A stretch of 64,000 nt of DNA from Camelus dromedarius (lineage: Eukaryota), in NCBI RefSeq assembly GCF_036321535.1, contig NC_087436.1, positions 116,934,001-116,998,000 on the forward strand, given 5' to 3'. Positions within the stretch are counted from its first letter, which is position 1; each line of letters begins with the position of its first letter. The notes beneath the pieces were generated by a model. The model was given only the letters and a program-made list of their open reading frames with translations, made no database searches and was not told where the DNA came from. The position numbers and the translations under genes are program-made. Below are positions 1 through 12,475 of this stretch, one piece after another.

Positions 1-645
1 TGGCTATAACCAGAAACCAGACTCAATGTTGCACCCACTGTAGACTTTGGATCTACATCTCTGCCCTCTTTTGGCAATTTGTGTCACTGCATGCAGAGAA
101 CCTTCATTTTTTTCCCTTTTTTCATTTTGGAAACCAGACCCTGATGGACATTCTAACGCAATTATATATTTGAGGAAAATTAGAAAGTAACCATGCATGC
201 TTCAGGAAAGTCACAGGCTCAGTAAAGACCTGAAAAAGACCTTAATTTAAACCTCAGGTGGATCAATGGCACAGAGAGTGTCTATAATTATTATAAAATG
301 AACAAACAAGAGAAAAAAAGCAAGCTGTGAAGGAGAATCTGATTTACAGAGTTATATTATTAGATTGGAATATCAAGTTTAACCAAAAAAATTAAAAAGC
401 ACACCAAAAAAGGCCCATATGGCCCAAAGTGGGGAAAAATAAGCCGAGAGAAACTATCCTGGAGAGAGAGCTGATGGCAGCTCTACTAGACAAAGATTTG
501 AAAACGACCGTCTTAACGATGTGCAAGGCGCTAAAGGAAGATATGGGGAAAGTCAAGAAAATGATACATGAACAAAATAGGAGTGTCAATGAGGAGACAG
601 AAAGCCTAAAATCCAACCAAAAAGAAATTCGGGAGCTGAAAACTA
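1..645 (+). mobile_element. Old LINE-1 fragment (end of 5'UTR plus ORF1 N-terminus)
   Basis: ORF 429..752 reads LLDKDLKTTVLTMCKALKEDMGKVKKMIHEQNRSVNEETESLKSNQKEIRELK, an L1 ORF1 coiled-coil of old L1M type. L1 similarity stops at ~645. Confidence 0.8.
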
Positions 646-2215
646 ATGGCATGACTGTCACCAGCAGCAAGAGCAAGAGGAAGAAATTTCCTCTTTGTCT
701 GGCAATTGCTCACCCAGTGAGGGACTGTCACAACTTGGCTGGTAAGAATTAGCCCCTGCCCAAGTTCGTCAGCACCCACCAAGGCGGGAGCCATGGGCGG
801 GGTAAGCGCTTCGACACCAGCTTGCACTGAGAAGGGCTCAGCATGCCTTGCGCCAGCCCTTGTGACGCTCCCGTCCTGCCAGTTAAAAAACCTGATGGCA
901 AGGGTTGGAGATTTGTACAAATCTGAGGTCTATCAATGCTACTATTATTTGTCATTCTGCAGCGCCAAACCCCCATGCCTTATTGTCCTATATTCCTAAA
1001 AACAGTGACTTCTTTTCTGTGATAGAGCTATGCAGTGCATTTTTAATATCAGTATCTTTTTTGCCTCTACTTTTAATGAGAGGCAATATAAGGGAACCAT
1101 AACGCCACAGGGCTACACTGAAAGCCGCACCCACTTCTCGCAGGTACTAAAAGCAGAGCTGGAAAACCTTTTCAGAATTCTGACACTGAGGGAACACGTA
1201 CTTCGAGGAGAAATTGCTTTTCTCTCCCTGTGCCTGAAGACCAGGGCTCTCAGGAACGTTTATCTTACCTAGACCATCTCTCATTCCTGAGGCTGCAGGA
1301 ACAAAAAAAAGGGGGGGGGGGGAGAAGCCTTTTTAAATTTAGCTTATTCTAACTGTTAAAACTAGTGAGTTTTATATTGTAATATCTGATTCATTATTAA
1401 GTTTGGAAAATGAAGCTATGAGATCTCTGGTTGTGTCTGCCTATATGTCTGTGTGTGTATTATGTATGTCTTTCCCTTTGAATGAATGGCATTATCAAAA
1501 TTAATTTTTAAATGAGCTCTACTTAATTGGCTTAAAGGAAATTAAGCACTTACATAAATTCTCAGAAATATAAAAGGAAACTGACCAGAATGAATTTCAT
1601 GTTCATATGAACTGGGAAATATTCGGTATTAAATTAACAACCTGATATTAAAGTTTGCTAATTTAATTAATGTAGACATGTTTTTAGAGTCACCAACATT
1701 AAGTAAAATACCTTTGTTGTACCTAGGTTTAATAGAAGTCAAATAAGATCTTATTATATCTGTTGCAAATTTGTCAGCAAGAAAAATAACTTGGTATGAA
1801 ATCTTTTAAAGTAAATTGAATGCAAGTGAGGTAAGAGCTTTTGGGTGAATTCTTTAGGAGTAATTATACTTTATAAATGTCTACTTAAAAATAATTTCTC
1901 CAGGTATTTAGTAACTTAAAATTTTAGAGTTGTACTAATCATGTTAAATGATGGAAGTTTATTGAATAGCTAATAAAGAAAGACACTGAAACATTAATTA
2001 CTGAATATTGGCTTCCTTTTGCAGGGAAACTGAAGATATTTAGGAATTTTAATACGTTTAGTGTCAAAATGGGACATTTTCTACAAGAAAGCACATGGTT
2101 TGAGACATTATTGTTGGTATGTATGTTCACCAATCTACAGAATGCTAATGTAAAAGACAATTCATTTTTGCTTACTTCTTATTTTTCACCAGAAATTGAG
2201 GTTTTAAGAGTTGAG
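646..2215 (+). mobile_element. ERV1 (MER4-group-like) internal region, no LTR visible
   Basis: Leader-like segment with GGTAAG donor (~741), an RT remnant (831-1170), then an AT-rich non-coding internal tract of the kind seen in MER4-group ERV1 elements. Confidence 0.7.
831..1170 (+). pseudogene. pol: Frameshifted retroviral reverse-transcriptase remnant
   Basis: Three frames join to EGLSMPCASPCDAPVLPVKKPDGKGWRFVQ / LRSINATIICHSAAPNPHALLSYIPKNSDFFSVIELCSAF / FASTFNERQYKGTITPQGYTESRTHFSQVLKAEL. These match the class I ERV RT motifs PVKKP.G..WRFVQDLR, DLCSAF and PQGYTESP. Confidence 0.9.
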
Positions 2216-3780
2216 GATTATTTACCTACTTTATCAAATAGTGATGAATAAAAATTACATTACAGGATCATTGGCTCTTGTGAAGACTAAAGAAGAAACA
2301 GGAATACCCAGTGTTGAGTGCCTGGTCTAGTCACACGGCTGACCCAGGAGATTCAGGAAACCTTGAAACATACCTCACTCTCTCACGTAAGGAAAGCCGT
2401 TACTCCAAGAGAACCACAGGGTAAGGCTTTCATGACACAGCCCACCCAGGTCTGGAAAAGGCGGCGCAGGCGGCCAGTGCCCGTTGTGAGGGTGCTGGGT
2501 AAGCATCAAAGATCAGCATCAAGCAAATTTCCCTAAGCTTCGCACTCAAACCTGGTGTGGACCGTCCTTCAAAGGACAGCAGTCCGATACACGTTCTGGG
2601 TTGATTCATTCCCCCATCCAAATGCATTTCAGACACAGTAAACAAAACCCACGAAAAATGGACCTACAGATAAGGAAGGATGTCACCTGAAGGGACCACC
2701 ATATTAAGACACTGAATCCATTCCTCTGAAGACAATGCACTCACATGGGATCAGCTTCTAATGATGGCGCACTTAGGTTATAAGAGCCTTGGAGAAAGAC
2801 TGGAGTGGCCCAGGCCTATCAAATACTGCCAGGTAATGCACATTCAGTTGACATATCCAAGAATAAATTAGAGCTAAACGTTCTCCCAGGACATCCAAAA
2901 GGTTAACGGCTCCACCTAGAATGTCACACACACTCAAGGATGAAAAAGGCCCCTCTGACATATAAAGAATAATTCCAGGCACACAATGTTGGAGCATGAC
3001 CTAGGCTGTCTCCAGCAGGGCTGGCAGGATAGAATTGCTCCAAAATAAGACCCCTCAGGCAAAGTCAAAGCAAAAATAGCTGTGGAAGCCTTTGCCTTGG
3101 TCAGTCAGCACATCACAAGTCCCAACCTACCCTTGGGTTAGACACTGCAGGCGAAAGAGGAATTGAGTCACCTCCTCAAAGCTGCATTTAGCAAAGAGAC
3201 ATCTTCATTACATGCATGATGGGGGAAAGGCAGTGGTGTTCCTAAACCACCTCTGACCAAGAAAGAATTCTAAGAATACATTGAAGAAGGGCTGGAGATC
3301 CCAAAGAGAGCCTCCTTCATCTAAGATGGCAGTTAGAAATAAAGAGAAATCTTTTAGGTCACAGGAGAAATTACTACTCTGAAAGGAGTCGAGTGGAAAA
3401 TTATCACACCTTGGGTGATTGATCGAACCGCTTAGAGACCACGCCCAGTGACTCATGCTGGGAAATGGGAAGTTTACACCCCAGGTGTCACCTCTGGCCC
3501 CATGGCATCAAGCAGGAAAGCAGTTTTCATCTCACTGCTCCAACCAGACCCTACAGCTGCACAGCACACGAACCCCCGGGTGCTCAGCGGCTGGAGAAAC
3601 ACAGGAAGGAGCTCAGGAGTTAACAGGGAGCAGCTCCCGCACTAAACACTCCTCTTACTGTGAAGATGGGGACTGTGTTCTGGGGAGACTGCCCACACAG
3701 GTTCCTGTCTGCTGCGATTTGCCATGTTTAAGTGTCACAATCTTCAGTTTTCCTAAACCCAGGTTTTGCCCCTTTAAGAG

Positions 3781-4208
3781 CTAGTTTTGCATCTTTATGA
3801 GACACTTGGCACCTTCACATTTCTTGGCCAACTCACAGAATTGGCCCCGTCCCTCTGGAGCCTCACTGTTGCCGCTGAAATGGAAGCCCAGAGAAGGGCA
3901 GGAGCAGCAGGCTCGCAGATAGACGTTGACCAGGCGGCTGACCACAGCCTCCGCCTCAGTGGAATCATTCTGAGGGATCTGGGAGCTCATGGTTGATTGG
4001 CAATAAGGGACGAAGCTCAAAAAATGGTGTCGGCTGGTCCCAAAGGCAGAGGATACCAGAGAAAATGGTTTTCAAGTTTGCAGCTGGAAAAGAAGTTAGA
4101 GGGAGGGGTCATAAGCTGGAGCAAGAGGCATCCCTGGGTCTGTTCTGTCCAAACACTGTTGAAGACGCCAGTCCTCTGGAGCACTGGGCTCGCGGCCCAC
4201 ACGTGATT
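3781..4208 (-). pseudogene. FTL: Ferritin light chain processed pseudogene (5'UTR plus first ~69 codons, 3'-truncated)
   Basis: ATG at 3990 gives [69 protein letters not shown], versus FTL [37 protein letters not shown]...[22 protein letters not shown]. It runs across the exon 1/2 junction with no intron. An FTL-like 5'UTR with the IRE lies upstream. Confidence 0.95.
4148..4164 (-). promoter_or_regulatory. Iron-responsive element remnant (upper stem and CAGUGU loop)
   Basis: Minus strand reads C-TTCAA-CAGTGT-TTGGA, matching the FTL IRE apex. The lower stem appears to have lost 4 nt (GTCTTGCTTCAA to GTCTTCAA). Confidence 0.85.
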
Positions 4209-6214
4209 CTTTGCTGGCCAATGAGCCTACATGAAGCAGGAACCTCACTGGCCTCCTGAAATACAGAGCTGCCAGGAGAGGCAATCCCATCCCACCCGCT
4301 CCTGTCAGCCAGCATGTTCTTTACAAACAGTCCTAGCATTGTTCATTTTCCTCTTATAACAGACATTTCCTCAGGACCTCTGGGCACTCTCCTCGGGAAA
4401 CCATCACCAAGAATAAGCCAGAAGGTAGGGCCAACCGCTGTTTCTCCCACCCAGAAAAATGTCTCTGGCTCCTGGTTTGGGGCCAATGTAAGTATTCTCA
4501 ACTGCATGAAGCTGTGGGACTGTGATGGTTTCAGAATTCTGCACTTGTCTCTGAGATAAGCCTTGGCTGCACACAAAAGAAGGTGCAGTGTTGTCCATGA
4601 TGCACACTGTCCCCTCCCTGTCTGGGACATTCTTATTACTATTGATGCCAAAGGCTTTCAGAATTAAAAAGAAAAAAAAAGGGGCACCTACTTTCTACCA
4701 TTTAGGTCCTTTCTTCCTGGGCATATATATTCACCAACCTGCTAGATTTAAACGATTTTGGTTTTCTAACTGATTGAGGCAACGTCCCTCTGGGGTAAAT
4801 ACCTTTTGTACTGAAACTGGATGTTCTCCAAGACTGGGAGGTCTCAGGTTCTTCTCCTTGAAATTTCCCCAGAGGAAACAGAGTCACCCAAAGAACACAA
4901 AATTCCAAGAAACTAACTAAAGGGCACCATATTCTAAAGAAAACAACCTGTACACCATAAAGGGATTCATAGAGCAAGAAATGAAGATGTAGAGTCAACA
5001 TTCTCAAAGAGACAGGGGTGGATACTAGCCCAAAGAACGCAGACATCAAATGTGAAAGGACGTATTCAGCATAGACACAGAATTGTGTAAAACTATGTGG
5101 AGTCAGTAAGAGTTCCTACATCTGATCTTCAGCCACGTTCATTCTCCCACAAAACATCAAGGAAAGACAAAGGCTAATGTGCAGAAGACGAAAAGAATGT
5201 TTTCCTCTCACTCAAGCACCCCCTTCCTCAGGTGCACCCATAGTGCAAGGGAGAGAGGAACACAAGTCATCCGTGCATGTGGATTCAGGATTCTATCCAC
5301 GGTCATGGATTGCGGTTAATTCACTGTGGCCCCTGTTGTGTTCAGACGGCTGTTCTGACTCTGAGTTATGGCAGATTTCATTAGCAGTAGAAAGAGGTAA
5401 CAGTTTTCTATATTATATATTTAGAAAGTAATCTATCTCCATCAGTCTAAGATGTCATCCTTGCTAATGACAATGCAGATTTAGGTCTAGATTCCACTGA
5501 GAAGTCAGGACAGAGTGGAGAACCAAACCACACTTAAACACTGGCATTTCTAAGAACTAAGAAGACGACCTGGAATATTCAGGGTTCAGTTCCTGATGTA
5601 GCAGGGAGGATCACACAGAAGATCACGCAACCCTGAGAAACAGCTCCGGCTCCTTGTCTCTCCTAAAACCATTAATGCTGAAGAACCACAGGAATGGGCT
5701 TACAGGTGGGACTGTTTTAGATGCAAATGACTCATTTTTAGAGAGGGAAGAACATAGGGAAAACAATCATAGAAGATGAGGAGGGTCCTCCGGCCCCTGA
5801 CAAAGGCAGGCACCTGGACAGTATTTGCCTGGAGAGCAGGAAGTTACAGACCTTGCCCCTGCATCACAGGAAAGCATCAGGCAGGAGTTTTTCTAGCTGG
5901 TCCTTGAGTTCACCTTCAACCAACTCACCCCAACAAAGAAAGTCAGGGCTGGGGTCCGTTAAGGGGACACACCTGTGTCAATACAGCCATACCCACCCAT
6001 TTATATTTCAAATTACAAGATTAACTATTCTTTCCCTGGCAGCACTGACAAAAAGTCATAAACATACCAATATTTCCTCTTAGTATCCCAACCTACAGCA
6101 TTGAAAGTATATTATGAACAGTGCTCATTTAAACTTCAAATGTAGGCACAAACACCTTGAAAACCTGGAACTATTAATCATACTGCAAGTAAAGTAGATT
6201 TTTAATATCTAGGT

Positions 6215-6360
6215 ATCTTATGATAGAAAATATACATTTGAAACCTTTCCACAAAATATTCTCTGGGCCTAGATAACTTCGATCCTGGATTCTCTAAGAG
6301 TTCAGACAAACATAATCCAATTATACACAAATTATTCCAGCAAACAGAGAAAGTCAGATT
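6215..6360 (+). mobile_element. Ancient L1 ORF2 fragment carried in an array module (paralogs ~35860-35990 and ~58040-58190)
   Basis: 'aaacctt.cc..aaaa...t.ctgggccca...aaattattccag' resembles the L1 ORF2 segment near KSPGPDGF. It is best preserved at 58040-58190. Confidence 0.6.
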
Positions 6361-7440
6361 TCTCCATAAGTGTACTCTTCCTTGATGGTCAGATAAACTG
6401 ACCAAGACTCTAGCTGTACCCTTCACTTCTGCAGCAAGTTCTCTGTGAGCCAGCTTTCACCCTTACTGCCATTCCCTGGACCGGCCATTGTAAAGGCCTC
6501 CTGGACCACTTCACAGAAAAGCATCACCAGATACACACCTGAAGGGGCTAAGATCTGGAAGGTAAGACCGACAGCTGTCGCACAGCACAGAGGGCAAAGC
6601 TGGCTCACACTCAACTCCACTGTCCTGTCAGGCCCCAGAGTCTAACACCAAGGTGATAGGAGTCACTTCAGAACCCACTGAATTGAGACCAGCAACCGAG
6701 CCCTTCCTGCCAGAGGAGATGGTGATGGTGTTGACTGATCAGCGCTGTTCCCAGACTTCCTGAGACACATTTCAGTTGGCACCAAAGGCATCGAGAGAGA
6801 AAGGCAAAGGCTTCCACCCTGCCCTCCCCGCATCCAGCCACTGCCTCCTCTGGGCAAAGTTCTAAGGGGAAGCACCTACCAGTGACCACTCTGAGAAATT
6901 GCCAGAACAGATTTAAACCTGCCACTGCAAGGAACACCTGCTGCTCACGAGATGTGCTGTGAATCAGGGGAATCTAATTCCCCCTGGGCTCCTGAGCAGC
7001 ATAAACAGCATCAGAGACAGAGCCCCAGTACGTTTACAGGTCTTGCAACTGACACTGATGACACCCAGCTCCCAGACACCAGGGAGCTGTCCCCTCCTTC
7101 TGGGGTCTGTGTTCTTAATGCTCCTTCAACCTTGGAGGCCCTGGTAAGGAGGGGTCAATGTGAGAATGGGGGTCATATACCAACCCTGCTACCACTGGCA
7201 AGGCAGCTGTTCCTTGAGAAGGAACCTTGTTCCTAAGAGAAGGGCTGAGTTTCCGGTCTCTCAGATGCTCTGTGGAAGCTGGGCAGTGGCTAAGTCAGGA
7301 TCCAACAGGATGCTCCATCAGCCACGTGCCTGCAGGCATTAATCCATCTGCCCTTATGAGATTTAACTTAATTACTGGAGCATCATTTAATGTGAAATGG
7401 TTTCCCTGATTCTATTGAGAAGTCCTTAGACTGTTGAATT

Positions 7441-8109
7441 AGCTTGGTAGTTCTCTCCATATGGACCAATGGCCATCAGCTCAGCCAGGCAGTCATGAAT
7501 CCAGTAATGCTAAAGGGCTTTCATCCAGGTAGGCACAGCGCTCACCTCGTGCAGGTGTATCACCTGTAGTGACCAGAATCACAGCTACGTGTGCCTGTCC
7601 CTGCGGACATCACTTTGTACACTGAATGTGGGTGCAAGGAATCCATTCAGATGTGGGTGCACACATCCTCTGGATCTTCTGGGGTTTGGAGGGGTGTCCA
7701 GCAGGCAGGGCTCCATGAGGGTCTTGGCTCAGTCAACCTGAAATGAACTGAGTCTGACCCCACGGCTCTGAGCAAACAGAAGAAAGCCATGAGCTCAGTT
7801 GTTGAGAACACTTAACTTTTAAAGTTTCTACCATCAGTATAATTGTCCCTGTTCCTTGCTACTATCTTTTGACAACTAAGTGATGGAGATGAACACAAAC
7901 TGTCAACCCAGGGGTCCCCACAGCACAGGGTGGGGAAGTACAGACTTTTGGGATTTTGGGTTCTGGGTATCCTTTATGGTCATTGACATGTGGTTCAAAA
8001 GGACCTGCATTCTCAGGCAAGTAACCACAACCAATGGAAATAGGAACCCACAGATCAGAGAGACCCTGAGGGTTCCACTCCTTTAAGATACTGAACTTAG
8101 TACCAAGAA
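7441..8109 (+). repeat. High-identity duplicate, copy A (partner 37285-37959)
   Basis: Manual alignment gives about 26 differences, including one 6-bp indel, over ~670 bp (~96%). Confidence 0.95.
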
Positions 8110-9259
8110 CACAACATTGGAAGGATTCCATGGTAGTGCGACAGACCAGGTGTCTAAGGGTCCGTATGTGCCAGATCCCTGGGGGCAAGACTACAGTGGC
8201 CCAGATTCCCAATAATCACTGTCCATATAATCAACATTCCATGATGTGTGGTGATAAATTGAAGATAAAACCTCTTCCTTAGCATCCAGAAGGTGAAAAA
8301 CCTCAACTGGCTAATCTCAGAAATCTGGGAAGAGAAGGACCCCAATTCTCAACAAAAGACTCAGGCAGACAATTTAAGGGCATCCTAGGCTGGGATGAGG
8401 GGAGATTGGAAGGATGAAGATCACATAAAACTTTTATAGACACCTATGGGAGGAAAACTAAACCACCGTGACCTGGGGTCAAACTCTGCAGTAAAGGCAG
8501 GAGGACGAAACTCTCAAACCCACCTCCCTTTGTCTTCCGAGTCAACCTTGGGGTTTCAAAAGACACGGCAGTGCCTCCCTTCCCGGGCTTCATTAGCACT
8601 GACGGGAGCAAGTAAAGATAAATGTCTGAGGAGAGACACTCTGCCCTCACAAAGGACCACAAATTGATCACGTTCAAGAGAGTAGAAGCTTCTCTCTGAG
8701 AAGCTTACATCTAAAAAGAGGATCGTTTGGTAAACTAAAACATACTAGGAACAATTTCAGCTTACGTTTTCCCCTAAATGATAGGACTATAATGAATTGT
8801 CTACCATTAGAAATGCTATAACTGACATAGTAAAGTGTTCGTACAGAAATGAAACATAAAACTTTGGCACCCACTTCACTGCAGTGTAGTAAACAGACGC
8901 TAGACACTCTCCACAGGATACTTCTTGGAAAAAGGACTACATTCAAGTCAGATTGACAGGATGAGTACAGGCGAGAACACAGCTCCATTAACATGAGGTA
9001 AACATAGAATTCATCACTCGGGCTAACTTGTCATTCTGTGAGTGGTTGAGTTCCTATCGAGTGTTCCTCGTGCGGTGATAGTCACAGACATGAGGGCAGC
9101 TCCACCGAATTCTGCGAACCATCAGCGGCTCTGGAAACACTGGAGTAGAAGAGGCTGACAAAGGTTTTAGACAAGGGTGTTATATGCTTTTGCTCTATAA
9201 AAAAATTATCGAGAGTTAATATGGAATAGGTTCCACATAAAACATTTCTATGAAGACAG

Positions 9260-11720
9260 GGGCTGTGTTTTGGGGAGAACTCCCCACACAGGTTCTTGTC
9301 ATATATTTGCCATCTTTAAGTGTCATACAATCTGTTAAGTTTTTCTAACTCTGGGTATTTGCCACTGGAATTGACAGACCATCTTTGTTAAGAAAAGAGA
9401 GTCAGATACCCAAGGATACATTTTCAGGAGACCTTCCTAGGGATGTGGGCTAGTGAAGATAGGAACTGGAAAAGGGCTTCCTGCTCCCTCATCTTCCTGT
9501 GGAAGGCCCCATTGCCTTTCGTGGTCATCTCAACTTTGTACAGAGACACAGGAGCTCTTATCTTCCAATGGCCGAGGCTTTTGAGATCAGATGTGTGTAG
9601 TGCCACCTGCCAGTTCGTTTTGTCTAAGGCTTTCTTCACCCTACATAAAGGAAGACGGACTTGCCTCTTTCCATCCTGAGAGTGACACGATAAAGCGACT
9701 AGTCACTGGCAGGAGGGTCAAGAAACACGGGAAGAGCGGACACAGCTAGCGTGGAGGGCGTCTGAACCTGCCCCATCTGTATCAAATCACAAGCTGCCAG
9801 CATCGATCATATACAAACAGAAAACCGAAGCACTTTACGGGGAACCAGCGAGGAGCCCACTGAATGGAGCTGTAACATGCCAAGACTAGGTCACACAGCC
9901 CACCTCTGAAGACTCAAATAGGCTTATAACTCTGCTCTCTAAGGCATGAGGAAGAATTCCAAATACACACCAGGAAGCAACAAGCAGCTCAGAAATCTAT
10001 TCCCATGACATCATTGGCAACTGGAATTCCACCTTAGCACAATCATCTGGGCTGAATTGGTCTGGTACTTTATGCAAGGGGCATCAGAACACAGGGTGCT
10101 CCAGACTCACAGTAGATTCATCCCTGACATCCATATATACTCTCAGTCCAATGGCTTAATTCTCACCAGATTTACTGCCAGAGGAACTAAGATGCATGAT
10201 TCTCTGTGCTTCAGAGACTAACGGTGTCCCTGATTCGCACAGGCTTGTGGTCAGCAGAGCTGCCAGGAGAGGCACATCCTTCACCCACCTACTGGTAGAC
10301 AGTATGTTCTTCATGAGCATTCATTTTCTCATCATAGCCATTCCTCAGGACCCCTGAGCCATTTTCCCCAGAAAATCATCACCAAGAATAAACCAGAAAG
10401 TGGCTAATGCCCAGACATATGGCCAACAGTTGCTTCTCCCACCCAGAAAATGTGTCTCTGGCTCAGAGCTCTGGGATAAAGGTCAGTTGTTCCCATCTGT
10501 GTGACACTGTGGGCTTGTGATGGTTTCAGAATTCTGCCCATGTCTCCCAGACAAGCCTTAGCTGCACACAAAAGGAAGTACAGTGTTGTCCACGATGAGC
10601 ACTGTCTGGGACATTCATATTACCATCAGTGCCAAAGGCTTTCAGAAAAATGTTAGTGTCCAGCTCCAAGTTCCTAGCATTTATGTCTTTGCTTCCCCTA
10701 GGAAACTTTCAAGGAGCAGCACCCAAGACAGCCCAGGTCTGAAGAACAACTAGGTACAGTACAAAAGGTGTTCAACACAGGTGGACAGCAGCTCAATTAA
10801 AAAACTGACATTTTAAACAGAGCCTCTCCTCTTATATATATGCTCATGCAGAAGAGTCACCACAAGAATTCACAGGTCCAAGGAAGTCACCTTAAGGGCA
10901 CCATTTTCTTAAAAAATTGAACCTGTGATTAGCAGATCAAGAAATTCAGATATGAAGTCAGTGTACTCAGAGATACTGGGAGGGATATTAGCCCAACAAA
11001 GCAAGAATATAGACAAAATATAGATGAAACATTAAACATAAATATAGTGCTATGTAACAATATACAGGATTACTAATAGAAGGAACAGAGCTGAGGATCA
11101 GTTGAAGGAACTCTTGGCAAGGCATCAGGAAAGGCAAGGCTATCGCATAAAAGACAAAGGGACAGGACATTTTCATGTCACGTGAACATCCCCTCAAGGG
11201 CCCCCAGAGTGCAAGTTTTTTAATCCTGTTTCTATTAAGAAGTCAGGACTGACCATCAAAGTAAATCCCACTTAAACAGTGGCTTTTCTAAAAATAAGGA
11301 GACCTGAAATATCCAAGGTTAAATTTCTATAGAGTCAATCTTGGAGCCCGGAGGATCTCACAGAGGATCAAGAAACCCTGAAGAACAGCTCTGTGTCTCT
11401 TCTAAATCTAATGAAGAACCACAGGACTGGGCTTACAGATAGAACAATTTCAGCTGGAACTGTCCATTTTTACAGAAGGCAATACAAGGGGAAAACACCC
11501 CATGATGAAAGATGAGAAGTGTCCGTGCCCCCGACAAAGGGAAGCATCTGTTCTGTGACATGTCTGAAGACCAGGAACCTCTAAGACCTTGTTTCTGCAT
11601 CACAGGAAAGCATCAGGTCAGGAGTTTCCTAATTGGTCAAGTCTTTCGCCTTCAACCAACTCACCCCAACAGGAGAAGTCAGGGTTGTTTCCATTAAGAT
11701 GACCCACCTGTATCAAGAAA
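9260..11720 (+). repeat. Core array unit, subtype I
   Basis: Complete anchor series at ~9440, 10102, 10631, 10780, 11415 and 11602. Confidence 0.85.
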
Positions 11721-12199
11721 TTCAGGTAAACAGGTTTGGAGCTCAACATGAGATGATGGGAAGCCCTTTCTTCTACAATGTTTGTCTTAGAGTAATTCAT
11801 GACATTTAAGGGAGATCTAACATACAGGTAGATGTAATTTGTCAGTCTTAAACAATACATTTTCATGTATTGTAGCCGAATGAGTTTGAAAGAGACAAAT
11901 CATTCTTTGAACACAATGAGAGTTCATTGTTAATTTTTGGCAGTCTAAGGTGTGTCATATAAGCAGCAAATCTTGGAGACAGAAGAGGTGGACATAGGAG
12001 GTGAATGGGGTCTAGGGTGTGTGTAAAGGATTTCCCACGAGAGGTAAAGTCTTCATCACAGGAAGATAGGGAGCTCCCTGTTTTCATAGGCACTGAACCT
12101 GTCCTTCTTTTGCTAAAAAGGAAATCCAGGAGGTTAGACATTCTTTTGGAAAGACTGGTCTGCCCCCTGCCTCAACCTCACCTTTTCAATCCACTTTTA

Positions 12200-12475
12200 T
12201 CCATACAGAGCAACATCTCAGACGCACAGGAGACAACCCAGGCTAGTAAGGTGAACACAAAGAACTTGGCAGAGTTGGTGGTTAAATAACTAGACTCTTG
12301 TCCCTAGCAGGGACAATTCTTAGGCATTGTACACAGATCTTCAAAGCGTTCTCTGGGGGATTAAACCCTAGTCCATTACAGGCATCCAGCTGATACTGCC
12401 CCTTTCGATGTCCATTCCCTCCCCCCACTTCTGATTCACCCCTCCTTTCACTGGGCTTTCTGGGATCACTTTGAA
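12200..12475 (+). mobile_element. LTR16-like (ERVL) LTR remnant
   Basis: 'gggacaattcttaggcatt...ctgggatcact' matches the 3' half of LTR16. It sits at the same position in the module as four other copies. Confidence 0.7.

Larger units (their letters stand above)
3460..6000 (+). repeat. Core array unit, subtype I (interrupted by the FTL retrocopy)
   Basis: Collinear with 9260-11720 and 28840-31590, except that 3781-4263 replaces about 850 bp. Confidence 0.8.
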
